Shown here piece by piece: positions 13,659 to 27,729 of a DNA stretch of 64,000 nucleotides; position 1 is the first letter of the stretch, and each line of letters starts with the position of its first letter. The notes beneath the pieces are model-generated. The model did no database searches. It worked only from the letters and a program-made list of their open reading frames with translations, and had not been told where the DNA came from. This DNA comes from Eledone cirrhosa. Lineage: Eukaryota. Where the stretch lies: contig OZ024743.1 in assembly GCA_964016885.1 (NCBI GenBank), positions 239,444,001 to 239,508,000 on the forward strand, read 5' to 3'. The position numbers were made by a program, and so were the translations under genes.

Positions 13659-16215
13659 TGCGTGTGTGTGTGTGTATGTGTGTGTGATTGTGCGTATATA
13701 TTCTCTACGAATAGTTTGCCTTCTCGAGCGATCGTCTGCCCATTTGCTTTGAAAGCGAAACAAAAAATTACTGTAAGGCTCAGTCAGTGTCATATGTACC
13801 ACTTAAGTGAAAGTCTTAACTAATAAGTAAATTCTAGAAAGTGCCAGAATATTTGAAAGAAAAAGAAAGAATGAAATAAGAAGAAAACATAAATACCACA
13901 ACAACACTTTGAAAATTAACTTGAAAAACAAACCCTAGTATTTGGATTTAATTTACTTGCAAAATTATAGCTGTTAATTATGGCAGAATTATGGTAACTA
14001 TTGGCACCTGATAACGCTTTATCATCCGTTATATCTACTCCTAATTATTTGGCTTTCTATTTTACCTTCTTTTGTAATATTTTATTTTATTTAAAATTTT
14101 GTTTTTTCTAGTTTGTTTCTCAAAAAATTAGTGATAGATAACAGGTAACGCCTTTTCTCTATTATTAATTGGTTTATGTATGTGATTATTATTTGTTACT
14201 GTTGTGTGTTGAAGTGTATGTATGTTGTTGTTTTTCTGTTTCAGTTTGAAAACATGGAACTTTGGAAACTTTGTACGTCTACCTCCAAGTTATACGAGGT
14301 AGAGAAAATGACGAGTCGTTTAGAAACGTTCAATTTCTCATGTTGTTTACAAGTAACTTAATAAGGAAGCAGGAGGAAGTGTTAGTAATACATGGGTTGT
14401 AACCGAATACGGTCATAAAGAAAATATTTCTGAAAACGTTACCAGAGATTGTTTCTTTTAAAATAAACCTTAAAAAAATCATCAGTACAAATTATAAAGC
14501 AGTAATGAAGCTTACATTTCTACCAAACGAAATAAATTAGCGTTACTTCTAATAACGGGGCTTGCTAGTATCATGCTGATCTATTCAGACACTCTGCTCA
14601 TCAACCATACGTTCAAACCTCCGAGAGCGCACTAACTACTAAACACTGTCTTTTCTGCTAAGAAGTTGGCTTTCTCGAACGCACCATGCTCATGTCTTCC
14701 CAAAATGCTAGAATCTGCAATAGTTTGGATTGCATTTGTAATCAAAGGGAGCTAATTAGTCTAGTTTGGTGAGGATAGAGAGATCATATGGATCGTATAT
14801 TCGGTTCAATATTTCTCAACTGCTTTATTGTATATATAGACCTGTAACTCCTGATGGAATTAGTGACATACAACGTGCCTCGGACATTTTAAACCTGGAA
14901 GAGCCCATAACCTATCCAGAGCTGAACAAGACAGATTTCTTTCAGAGACAAAATGAGTGACAGAAAGGAAGTACTGGACAGGTATATTTTAAAAATCAAT
15001 TTTGAAATGATAAACACCTGCCTTAGCTACTCCGATATATCTATCTGATTGATTCAAAGCGCTCTGTTGTCAATCCCTTGAGGTAAATATTGCCCCTATT
15101 TGAATTCCGTGACTTTTCCAACAGATTCCTCGAGAGTGAGCCAAAAAAGGAGTATTCACATCGCCTCTCGACATGCTACAAATAACAGTCGAAATGGAGA
15201 AAGCCTCCTGAAATCATACCAAACTATGTTATATATGAAAATAACACGTTAGATGATGTAAATTTAACACGTGTGAAATAAAAGTGTTAGCATGACCAGA
15301 TCGAAGACTCATTGAATTTCATTCCAAGATTTCTCAACCAGCATTGAATTGGGGTTAAACAACAATAACTCACCAAGTTCAACAATACTGTAATGACAAA
15401 AGTTTGAAATATAAAAAAAATCTCGAAACGAACGGGAGTTCATATAAAATGTTGCTTGAGATAGATTCGTGTACAGTAGTCAGATATTTTGACATATTTA
15501 AATTATAAAGTAAAATAAAGTAGTTGGAAAATTTTGAAAAGTAAGTTGCTAAATTTGGGTTTTAAATATTAGATGCTTTGAATTAAAGTTATATCCTATA
15601 TGTAAGTAAGTATGTATGTATGTGAAAGTATGTATGTATGTATGTATGTATGTATGTATGTATGTATGTATGTATGTATGTATGTATGTATGTATGTATG
15701 AATGTATGTGTGTATGAATGTATGTATATATGTCAGTATGAATGTTTTTCTATGTATGTACGTGTGTGTGTGTGTATGTATATATTTGTGTGCATATGTA
15801 TATATAATTGTATGAGTGTATGAATATATGTATGTAAAAATTTATGTATGTATATATGTGTGTATGTATAGGCAGAGATACACATACAAGGACGCATAAA
15901 TACATATATGGATAAATGCATATGTATGTACAAACAACAATGGTATATAATACGTTTATAGGTATATATCATTGGATGAAGAATTATAAATCTATTTGTG
16001 TACATGTAAGCATATGCACACACACACTTATATAGTTATATACATACATATGTATATCAATGTATATATACATATATACACAAATATTCATATATATACA
16101 TACATATATATATATATGTGTGTGTATATATGTATATATAAATATACATATATATAAATATATACATACACACATGTATATATATATGTACATACATATA
16201 TCTCTTTATATATAC

Positions 16216-16314
<99 letters not shown>

Positions 16315-16609
16315 TACATAAATCTATATGCATATTTAAATCCAACATTTTCATTGAATCATTAATCATAGTTATACAGAAGTTGTCAGAAGGAGAATCA
16401 TTAGTGCAGCATAAATATTAACGAATCGTATTTGCCGATATCATTATAAAAGAAAACATGCACATGTAAATAGGTATCTATATATTTATCTAAATATGCA
16501 TATCTGCATCTCTTATATATACCACCGTTTGTGTATGTATCTAAAGTGAACGTGTGGAGAAGTTAGGTGATATCGATATATATATATATATATACATAAC
16601 AATATATAC

Positions 16610-16697
<88 letters not shown>

Positions 16698-16699
<2 letters not shown>

Positions 16700-16889
16700 C
16701 GAAGGTATTGTGGTAAGTGACCAGATGGACCATAACGCACCAAGGTACTCAATGCTTAGGGTAGTAGAGTGGGTAATAGGAAAAAGTATGACCCCGACGG
16801 CAGAGCTCAAGTCGTTTCGACGGCTATTTCTGGACAAAATTAGCCGTCGAAACGGCTTGAGCTCTGCCGTCGGGCTCATACTTTTCCTA
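16698..16889 (-). mobile_element. Fold-back mini-element derived from the Hydra-type PLE 3' end
   Basis: Homologous to 27727-27862; last about 110 bp form a hairpin turning in HHR stem II; (TA)n flanks. Confidence 0.85.
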
Positions 16890-16904
16890 TATATATATAT
16901 ATAT

Positions 16905-17409
16905 GAAAAGTGTAATTTACTACACAAAACGAAGGTTATAGAGAAAATTGAGGTTGGTAATGGCACATGGAATATATAAGAGACAGAATACTTTTTTGTG
17001 AAAAAATATATAATTTATAAGGTAAGGAAATAATAAAGGGTATAAAAATGACCGGTTTCGATGGGTCTGCAAAAGCCATCTTTTCAAATGTTGATTAATA
17101 TTAAGAAAAATTAATAATAAGAAGAGTTAAAATTTGAGATTTGAAAATTCAAGTATAAAATTCATTGTGGGATTTTACAGTAGTTTTCATCTTGGTAGCA
17201 GCTCGTTGACTGCTGTGTGCCTTTAACTCTTCTTATTATTAATTTTTCTTAATATTAATCAACATTTGAAAAGATGGCTTTTGCAGACCCATCGAAACCG
17301 CTCATTTTTTATACGCTTTATTATTTCCTTACCTTATAAAATTATATGTTTTTTCACAAAAAAGTATTCTGTCTCTTATATATTCCATGTGCCATTACCA
17401 ACCTCTATT

Positions 17410-17415
<6 letters not shown>
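16905..17415 (-). mobile_element. Inverted-pLTR PLE-type element with a U3-A8 HHR
   Basis: Arms about 16940-17131 / 17223-17414; HHR at 17045-17092, reverse complement AACAT-TTGAAAA-GATGG..CCATC-GAAA-CCGG-TC-ATTTT. Confidence 0.7.
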
Positions 17416-17478
<63 letters not shown>

Positions 17479-17559
17479 CATATGTATATGTGTGTGTGTG
17501 TTTATTTCGTTATTGTGCTCTATCCATACTTATTACCTTCGTTAATATGATTTCTTCTT

Positions 17560-18220
17560 TCTCTTCCGGATAGAATCCCAGTCCTGTCGTTTTGTAGTTC
17601 GGCTATATCATCCATGTACATTCCTCACTTCGTTTCCTCTTCTACTATTTTCAAGTACAATCTAGTCATATTGAATTGGGGTACTTGCTTCTGTGTATTT
17701 CAAGCAACCTTTTATTCTACCTATTGATATCCTTTAATTCATCTTTTCTTAAATTACTTATTCCTTATAAGCAGATATCATCCCTGAGTTGATTGTATAT
17801 TTTTTTCTGTACACATCTTGGATACTATAATCTTATTCCCTCGTAAATATTCTTTACTGACGAATTCCTTTATTTCTGCTCTACTAAGTGTTTCATTTTC
17901 CAATATTCCAAGATATTCGTATGCTTCTTCCACATCTATCTATTCGACATTCTCTCCACCCGATAGTATAATCTCAGCACTTTTTATGGATTTTTCACCT
18001 TTCATCTCAATCATAGTATTTTCCACACGAAATCTCATCCCAATATCGTTATTAATTGTTCGACAGATTTGTACAAAAGAATCCAGTTGGTTCTTTTTAC
18101 TCTAGATTTTTAGGTCATCCACAAAAAGGAGGTGATCCACTTCTCTCCTATTCGTTCTCGATAAATATCATTCCTTAGTTTTGTTTAATTTAATCGATGA
18201 CGGAATCAGCGTTATTATTA
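17560..18220 (-). pseudogene. Decayed non-LTR retrotransposon RT fragment (R4/Dong-like)
   Basis: Minus-strand translation EVDHLLFVDDLKI..NQLDSFVQICRTINNDIGMRF..YEYLGILENE with stops. Confidence 0.7.
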
Positions 18221-18227
18221 TTTACAA

Positions 18228-18397
18228 GGGCGGTGGGTGGTAGTAGAGGGTCGGAATCCATGCTTTGCAGCATAGAATTACGGCCCTTTACGGACTGAGT
18301 TCAAATCCCGCTGAGGTTAACTTTGCCTTTCATTGTCGATAAAATAAAGTACACTGAGATAATTGCTGGCCTTGTGCCAAAACTAGAAACAATTATT
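18228..18397 (+). mobile_element. SINE family A copy
   Basis: GGGCGGTGGGTGGTAG..GAGTTCAAATCCCG..GTCGATAAAATAAAGTAC. Confidence 0.75.
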
Positions 18398-20220
18398 ATT
18401 TACAAGACAGAAGGGAGTCAGATTCTTTGAAAACTTCCTCCACTAATCTGTACATCGGCTTATGCCCCCACCCCCGAAGATTCCTCGACCATCAATGTCG
18501 CATTGTATTTTCTAGCAGATTTCTTGTCTTTTCTGAAATCTTCAACATTTCTAGATAGTGTTTTATCCATGTGTGGGGGATTAGGTCCTAGATATTTTTC
18601 TTATAATCTATTCAGATTTATCCTCCTCTTTCGGCAATTACTCGACGTCATCTTATTGATCAATAATTGTTTGTTTGTTTGTTTTTTGACAGCTCTTTTA
18701 TTCATCAGACATCAAGGGTTTCGCGTGTAGATATTGCTATATCACCTTTGCCGGTATCATTCTTCCAACATAATAAGTAAACACATAACTGGATGGTAAT
18801 TTAAGACAATACTTCTTTTTACTTACATGAGATAAGCTCTTTCTTTACTTAGCTACAACGGTACACTAATCTCTACGACATACACTTATTTAGTTGCATC
18901 ACTGTGGTCTCATTCTACACTGTCTCAAACCCTAATCATACATAAGATCTGTTCTAGTAGTTACCTGCGCCTACCAGAATTGCCAGCCTTGTGCCTATAT
19001 TAGAACCCTCAAGATTAGGAGGATCGCTAAAGCGTCCGATAAAATATTTGCTGTAGTTTGTCCGATTCTTCACCTTCTAAGTTCAAAACTTGTTGAGGCC
19101 AAAATTACCAGCTGTGTGCCTAAATTGTTAATGGTTATTATAATTTTGTTTCTCTTCTTTCTTTTACTCGATGTATCCTCACTTTGTGTTTTCGTCCTTG
19201 TATGTCTTCAATATCCTGTAGAGTGATGTGTTACATCAGGCTTAAAATTCCCAGAAAACCCCGTATGCCACTATGCTGCGGCTGTCCTACGACTCCAGCA
19301 AGAGTTACGGGACTAAAAAGAATAAAAAAGATGTCTTCAATATCCTGTGATCTTGTAGCTTATAAAACATATCATTACCATCTTCATACACAAAATGTTT
19401 TGCGATATTTAGTCATAACCTTCTGCATATTGATTTCAAATCCCACCGAGATTTTCTTTGACCTTCATCGATACGAGGGCGAGAAAATAAAGTACAAGTA
19501 AACTACTGCGATAGATATAATCGGGTTTCCATTTCCCGCAAATGTCTTGCCTTCTGCCAATGTTAAAAAAAAAAGAAATTATCATCTTCATAGTCAAAAC
19601 GCCTTGAGATATTGAGAAACAACTTTCTACAATTTGATTTTTAAATCCCACTGAAGTCAAGTTTAACATTCATCCTTCGGGCGTCAATAAAATAAAGTAC
19701 CATTTAAATAATTACGTCACGTCTTCCTCCAAATTGCTGGTCAATGTTTAACAGAATTATCATCATCTTCGTGTAAATGGCAGATGCGGTGGAACTCCTT
19801 ACTCTCTATATTTTTGCTTTTAAACTGTATTGTTGTCCATTTGTCTTTCCATCCTTGATGAAATAAGTTCTAGTCAAATGTTGGCTTGATTTAACCAAAT
19901 TAGCCATTTGCTTCTCTTCTTATCCCCATCCACTTCCGTCCCAACTCATCACCATCCGCCATCATATTCCTGTGTTATCATGTTTTAATGTTAACAACTT
20001 TTTTTACTGTTTTACTTTTACCGTTCGAAATTTGTTTAGAGTTAAGTAAACACGTTGTGCTTAGTATTTCTTCCCCTCTCACTTTCCTTCTATTTCTCTC
20101 TCACAAATATATACGGTCTCTCTCTCACTCACATGTATAAGTTCTCTACAAAAATGTTTACGGTCTCTTCCACACCAACATATATAAATTCTCTCTCTGG
20201 TCCTTTCTCTCACAAATAAT

Positions 20221-20294
<74 letters not shown>

Positions 20295-21012
20295 AGCTTT
20301 TCGTCTCCAGTATCCATGAATATTAACAAAACTTCTGTACTGAACCCTACACCCCATCTCATTATATACACATTTATAGATATTTGTACCTACAAATATA
20401 CATAATCGTCCATTTAAGTGTGTGCGTCTGTGTGCCCGTGTATATATATATATGTGTGTGTGTGTACTTGTGTGAATATATCTGCAGGTATATATGTATG
20501 TATGTGTGTGCGTATTTATGAGTGCCCGTGTGTGTGATTGCATGCGCGTATATGTGTATAAATAAATATATGTGTGTGCATGTATGCATGTATGCATATG
20601 TGTATGTATGTATGTATGTATGTATGTATGTATGTACGTATGTATGTATGTACGTATGTATGTATGTATGTATGTACGTATGTATGTACGTGTGTGCGTA
20701 TGTACATATGTATGCTATGTTCCATTATGTAATTCTCTATAAATCTATAGATGTGTGTGTATCTAAAAAAAACTAGTTCGCTAAGTTTAACGTCGTTCTT
20801 GAAATTTCCCAGTGTAACCAGGAAATGTCAACACTCCAGAGAAATCAATGGAAAAAGCTATCCTGTGCTATGTGTTTTCAAACTCAAAAGAATCACAATC
20901 CTTTAATGCCTACAGCGACATATGCTAAAATGGCATTGAAACATTGTATGGTATTACGGGAATATACAAACATGTATGTATATATGTATATATGTATATA
21001 TGTATATATGTA

Positions 21013-21054
<42 letters not shown>

Positions 21055-21145
21055 TTTATATATATATATATATATACATATACATACATATATATATAGA
21101 TGTACATCTACATATATATATATATCTACATACATATATATATAT

Positions 21146-21190
<45 letters not shown>

Positions 21191-21238
21191 CATATATATA
21201 TATATACACATATATATGTATATATATATACACACACG

Positions 21239-21412
<174 letters not shown>

Positions 21413-21423
21413 CATATATATAT

Positions 21424-21508
<85 letters not shown>

Positions 21509-21556
21509 TTATATACATATGTAAGTATATATATAATATATAAATATGTAAGTGTA

Positions 21557-21600
<44 letters not shown>

Positions 21601-22600
21601 TGTGTGTGTGTCTGTATGTATGTATACGTAAAATAAAACTGTTAATCAATAACGAAAGATTAACATTAGCTGGGTTGTTCCTCTATTGCTCAAGAGAAAT
21701 ATTTACATGGGTTGCAACAGTTTTTGTAGAATATTAAGAGTCTGTGGAAAAATAACCCAGAGTCGTAGCATAATTGGTAAACTCTATATTTAGCTGTATA
21801 ATCTTCTCAGTGTAGACATTTCATATTTTGCTATTGGAAAAAATGGTGGATCCTCCGTCAGTTTCGCCGATGAAATTCAATTCACGTGTATAATAAACTA
21901 GATTTTTATTCGTGAAATTGAACAAAGCGGCTGAGTATTCCGCTAACATGTGCAACCCTTACGTAATTGTTTATTCTAATGCTGAATTAGAAATAGAAAT
22001 GCGTGAAAGAGTGAGAAAGGGTAGATGAAGAGAGAATGGAAAGGAAGGGAAAGAAAGGGAGATGAAGATAGAAGGGAAAGGAAGAATGAAGGGACTGGAT
22101 GAGAGAAGAGTGAAGAAGAGAGAAGGGAGAGGAAGAGTGAAGGGACTGGATGAGAGAAGATAGAAGAAGAGAGAAGGGAGAGGAAGAGAGACGGGAGAGG
22201 GACAGTGAGGGAAAGAATCATCGATCCCAGTAATTGACTCGTATTTAATTTATCGACCTTAAAAATTGACCACGACAAGAGTTGATCGACAAGAGAAGGA
22301 TAGGGTATGACAAAGCAGCCTTTCCGACGCTCGAATGAATTTGCAAATTTACCATCTTTTGAAAAATATATAAATATCATAACGTTAACAGTTTTACGCC
22401 CGTTCTTCGAGGCATGCAATGTTTGGATGAAAACCTGAATTTACTCAGGTTTTATGAAGTGATTACAAAACGCAACACCAGGCTGTAGCAAGGCTTATCT
22501 CCAACGGCCACTGGTATACATTTTCAAATCAGTGGACTGGAACAACGCGAAAGGAATTCTGGATCATGATCTCTTGTGGATCATAATGTCGACGGTTAAT

Positions 22601-23125
22601 TAGATAAGTATACACACAGACTGAAAATAAAATCACTGGCGCTGACTGCCCTTCCCCGTCTAACTAAAGTATGAAATAAAATACATTTTTTAGTCAAAAC
22701 TAATCTACGTGCCTTAACTATAATGATTTCTAGTATAGGCACAAGGCTAGCAATTTGCAGGGAGGAAAAATTCGACTAAATCGAGCCAGGTACATTACTG
22801 GTACTTTATTTTATCGACCCTGTAAGGATGAAAGGCAAAGTTAACCTCGACGAGATTTGAACTCAGACTGTAAAAGGCCGTAACTATGCTGCAAAACATG
22901 GAGTCCGACGATCTACCAATACTACCAATCCATCGCCCTAATGCACCTTAATGATAATAAACTGTATATGCAACAATTTGAGACAGAGGCGAGAGTAATA
23001 GATCTTCTGAAGGGGTTCGATTTTGGGGTTACCCAATTTTATTTTATTTCATACTTTAGTTAGACGGGGAAGGGCAGTCAGCGCCAGTGATTTTATTTTC
23101 GGTCTGTGTGTATACTTATCTATCT
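22601..23125. mobile_element. MITE-like or inverted-pLTR element with about 82-bp terminal inverted repeats, interrupted by a SINE A copy (22721-22938)
   Basis: 22601-22682 is the near-perfect reverse complement of about 23041-23122. Confidence 0.65.
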
Positions 23126-23202
23126 AATTCAGACAAAATAATTCAATGGATCACATAAAATCAACTCTAAAAGTAGTAGTAGAAGTTTTATAGTACTGGT
23201 AA

Positions 23203-23378
23203 TAATGATTGTTTCTACGTTTGGCACAAGGCCAGCAATTACACAGTACATTACTGGTGCTTTATTTTATCGAAGGATAAAAGGTAAAGTTAACCTCGAC
23301 GGGATTTGAATTCAGACCGTAAAGGGACGTAACTATGCTGGAAAGCATGGCGTCCGACCCTCTACCGATACTGCCAGT
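23203..23378 (-). mobile_element. SINE family A copy
   Basis: Similarity to 750-932. Confidence 0.75.
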
Positions 23379-24359
23379 TCAACGGTAGTAGCAGTAGAGG
23401 TAGTAGCAGTAGAAGTGTGGTAGTAATATTAGTAGTAGTTCTGGTAGTAGTATGAATGGTAGTGGTGTGGGGTTGTGGTAGTAGAAGTGGTAGTAGTAGT
23501 ATTGGTAGTAGTCGTAGTAGCAGTAGTAGTAGTAGTTCCAATTTCAACTGACAACATTGTCATCACCGTTCTCAGTTGTAACGTTTATCTCGTATTAAAT
23601 GTAATGAAAAAGCCTCTACTAAGGCTCGAACCCGGTTTGGTGGGTTTGGTGGATTAGATATTCTAAACTATTACCTCTTAGCTCCCGGCTCTCAGTAAGT
23701 AAATATATGTGAAAACAATTAGCTGCAAAGAAAATTATTAATAGACGTGCTGTTAGAGTAACTTTCTTACCAAGGGTTAATTAAAAAGCAAATATAGAGA
23801 TGTATCGAGAGGAAAAAACATGAAAACATTACAAATTAGAACTAATTGCCGTTTAAAGACACCACCACCACCACCACCACTATTACTACTAGACCCAGCC
23901 TCACCATTATCACCACCGCCACCACCACAACACCTACTATCACTAGTAGCACCAACATCCCCAGCATCACCAGCGTCTCTACAACCACCAACACCACAAC
24001 CCACACCACCCTTAGAATTTGAAACACCACGACCATCACCACTACTGCCAGTAACATTATTCTCCATATATTCAAGTTAATTTTGTGGCTTTCTTTAATT
24101 ACATCTTTTTCCGTAAATTTGCCAACGTAATTAGGAGTTAAATTGTTCATCGTTCCGTAACCAGCTATCTAATTCTTTTTATTTTAGTCATTGAACAAAT
24201 GATACAGTTTTTATTGTATTATGTCAATATTTGGGGTTTTGTTTTTTAGCTTATCATTTCTATGTTATCTCTCTGTTAGCTTTCATTAGATTTCAAAGGA
24301 TAATATCGGGTCTTCATTTCTCTCTATAGAATATTCTGGATCATTCAGCAGTGCCATAA

Positions 24360-24570
24360 TAATAATTTCTAGTATAGGCAAAACCCAGTAATTTGCGGGG
24401 AGGGAAAAGTCGATTAAATCGACCGCAGTACGTTACTGGTGCTTTATTTTATCGACCCCGTAAGGCAAAATTAACCTCGGCGGGACTTGAACTCACACCG
24501 TAAAGGGCCGTAACTCTATGCTGCAAAGCATGGTGTCCGACTCTCTACCGATACTGCCAATCCACCGCCC
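24360..24570 (-). mobile_element. SINE family A copy
   Basis: Similarity to 750-932, full 5' head GGGCGGTGGATTGGCAG. Confidence 0.8.
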
Positions 24571-25139
24571 TCAACAGTACCATAATAATGACTAGAAATT
24601 CAATCCGTGGTCATACGGTAACTTGCCGACCAAAGTAGGAGCATGCCCATAGACTGTTGTTTCATAAACCTGCATCAACAAAAGCAGCTACATCTCAAAA
24701 CATTACTTTATACGAGACCCTCTTTTTAGAAACGGAAAGTTAATATAGTGCCAGATAAACAAACAAATAAAATAAGTGTGGATAATCGCGGCTAGAATGA
24801 ACTTTGTCATAGGTCTTTTAGATTAAAGCTAACCCGGAGTATAAACAACAAAATTACATATAGAAGTTTTACAAAGAAACCCACAGGTATGTGAAATATC
24901 AATAAACAATGATTCAAAATTCCCTCGTATCTCATCTTTGATGACACTGTTATAATTAAAATAGTTAATACATGTATTGAATTCGGATCTGATATACGAT
25001 TGCATTGAACTTCGAACGTCCAATTACAAAAAGACGTACCGTACGAATCTTAGAATTTATTAATAGACATATGCAACCGCAGTTTAAGAGCAGGTAATCG
25101 AAGTTAACCTGCGCCTTATGCAGTACGCATTTATCAATA

Positions 25140-25279
25140 ATAATTGTTTCTACTTTTAGCACAAGCCCAGAAATTATCCCAGTGCATTACTGGTACTTAA
25201 TTTTATTGACCCCGTAAGTATGAAATGCAAAGTTAACCTCGGCGGGATTTGAACTCAAATCGTAAAGGGCTGTAACTCT
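25140..25279 (-). mobile_element. SINE family A, 5'-truncated
   Basis: Similarity to 750-932. Confidence 0.7.
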
Positions 25280-25419
25280 ATAATAATACAAGACAAAATT
25301 GTGATGCACAAGGTCACGTAAGAAAATGATACATAAAGAAGTTCACTTGAATGATAATAATCAATACCTAATGCCCAAAATAACCACATACATACAGAGA
25401 TTCCCTACAGATAGAGGCC

Positions 25420-26660
25420 CGCAGAAGAATAAGCCACTATACTTAGCTTTTCTTGGCCTAGATAAAGTACTCCGATCTGTCATGTGGTGGTCCGTAAGGA
25501 AACTAGGTGTATAGGAATGGCTTGTGATGACAGTGCAAGCTATGTACAGGGGTGCTGTCAGTAAAGTGAGAGTAGGAATGGAGTTTAGTGAGGAATTCCA
25601 GATACATGTAGGAGTACATCAGAGTTCGGTCCTCAGCCCGCTCTTGTTCATTATAGTCCTCCAAGCCATAACAGAGGAGTTTAAAACTGACTGCCCATGT
25701 GAACTTCTCTATGCTGACGATCTGGTACTTATAGCAGAATCAGTAGAGGAGCTAGAGAATAAATTCTGGCTATGGAAACAGTAGTTGGAATCAAGAGGAC
25801 TGAGAGTGAACCTAGCTAAGACTAATGTGATGATAATTAGAAAAAAGGACAAAACTCTGATTCTATCAGGGAAATGGCCATGTTCGATGAGTAGAAAAGG
25901 AACTGGCATAAATTCTATAAAATGTACACAATGCAGATCTTGGGTACACAAGAGATGTAGTGGGATAGTAGGCACACTAACACGTAGGAAAACTTCATTT
26001 GCAGTAGATGTACAGGGAAATTTGACAGTAGAAGACGCAGCGATAGACACATTTTCCAAATGCAGATAGGATCTATAGAGGCGGTTGATATCTTCCGATA
26101 TTTAGGTGATCAGATTAACAAGGGGTGAGGGTGCTCTGAGACCATAGTGTCTAGAATAAGGAAGGGTTGAAAGAAGTTTAAGGAGCTGCTTCCTCTGTTG
26201 ACGAAGAAGGTTTATATGATGCCTGTGTGAGATGCGCGATGCTGCATTGTAGTGAGACATGGGCAGCAACTGCGGAGGATATGCGTCGATTGGAGAATAT
26301 GAAACAAGCATGCTCCGTTGGATATGCAATGTCAATGTGCGTGAACGACCAAGCATAGACGAGTTGAGAGAGAAACTGTGTATAAGAGCGATAAGCTGTA
26401 GTGTGCGGGAGAGATGACTGCGTTGGTATGGATATGTGATGCGCATGGAGCGTAACCGCTGGGTAAAGAAGTGCCAAGAAATCCCAATAGAAGGATGACG
26501 CAGTAGAGGAAGACCACGAAAAACAGGGGCGGAGGTGATGATAGCTGATCTCAGATCGTTGATGAAGGACTGTGACGAATGGAGAGATCGTGTGCTGAAT
26601 AGGACCCGTCCCACCCTTGCAAGCAGGGAAAAGCGGACGTAAAATGATTATGATGATGAT
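25420..26660 (+). pseudogene. 5'-truncated RTE-clade LINE (RT and 3' end)
   Basis: KPLYLAF, VGVHQSSVLSPLLFIIV, ELLYADDLVLIAES, GLRVNLAKT, RLRWYG; (GAT)n tail at about 26645-26660; stops and frameshifts. Confidence 0.9.
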
Positions 26661-26676
26661 ATATATATATCAGGGA

Positions 26677-26723
26677 CTTCCTGATGATTTCCTTCGAATG
26701 AAACAGTTCTAGTCCTGTAGAAG
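26677..26723 (+). ncRNA. Type I hammerhead ribozyme
   Basis: CTTC-CTGATGA-TTTC-CTTC-GAAT-GAAA-CAG-TTCTAGTC-CTG-TA-GAAG; second copy at 51855-51905. Confidence 0.85.
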
Positions 26724-26804
26724 CTATTTCTATATTAAATATTTATACTCTGCTATGTATTGAGTACGTTACTTACTGTGGTTACCCCGATAGAAGCCGG
26801 TATG

Positions 26805-26842
<38 letters not shown>

Positions 26843-26845
26843 CAC

Positions 26846-26887
<42 letters not shown>

Positions 26888-27265
26888 TGACTACACTCTC
26901 TCTATACACAAGAGCTCATTTTTCAGACTCCTTCTGAACAAGTAAGATGAAAAAAAATTACCTCTTAATTTTAAATCTTTAATTTTTAGTTTTTAATTCT
27001 TATCAATTCTTATTAATTCTTTATAATTGTAATATTCAATATTTGATACGATGAATTTTACTAATACATCGAAAGCGGTAATACTTTATATACATTATAT
27101 ACATTATAAAACTCTCTTTTAAAAGAATTGTCCCTCTCATTTTTTCAATAACGTTACTTTGACCAATCAAAGAAAGGAAAAAAAAAACAAAAAAAAAACA
27201 GACCCGAGAATATATTTTTCGTGCTATATCCAACTTCACCTTTTCTCTCTCTCTCTCTCTCTCTA

Positions 27266-27301
<36 letters not shown>

Positions 27302-27679
27302 GGTAATTTATAAATAACTAAACAATAATACTTAAAACAATATGAACTTACGCATTTAGGTTTTCTCGCGAAATTTGCAAGGAAATCTTTACACATTTAA
27401 TGGATTAAAGCGGACGCAGTGCAGCCGAATATTTACGAAGTTACCGTAACAAACAAAGGATTCCGAGTTCGATCCTACTGCCCGAGATCTCTGGTCGTCA
27501 CAACCCTTCAAGAAGTAGTCCATTCACTTAAGGTGTCTCTTGAAAAGCAAGTAGCCTAATAGCAACGGTATACATTTTTGGTGCACAAATTGCTGCAAAC
27601 CAGTCAGCAAAACTACAGTCAGCACTTTGTTGAAAAAATAGGTATATTTTTCTCTACTCTTTCCTCGCATTTATAATGT

Positions 27680-27726
<47 letters not shown>

Positions 27727-27729
<3 letters not shown>

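Noticed and set aside
14244-14357. Possible exon (polypyrimidine-CAG acceptor, GTAACT donor)
   Set aside because: No recognisable protein similarity or partner exons; needs RNA-seq
23385-24060. Pro/Thr/Gly-rich ORFs
   Set aside because: Degenerate (TAG)n and (CAC)n trinucleotide repeats
24829-25130. FESLFIDI..VVYTPG peptide resembling a LINE AP-endonuclease (similar hint at 14766-14960)
   Set aside because: Too short and degenerate to assign by eye
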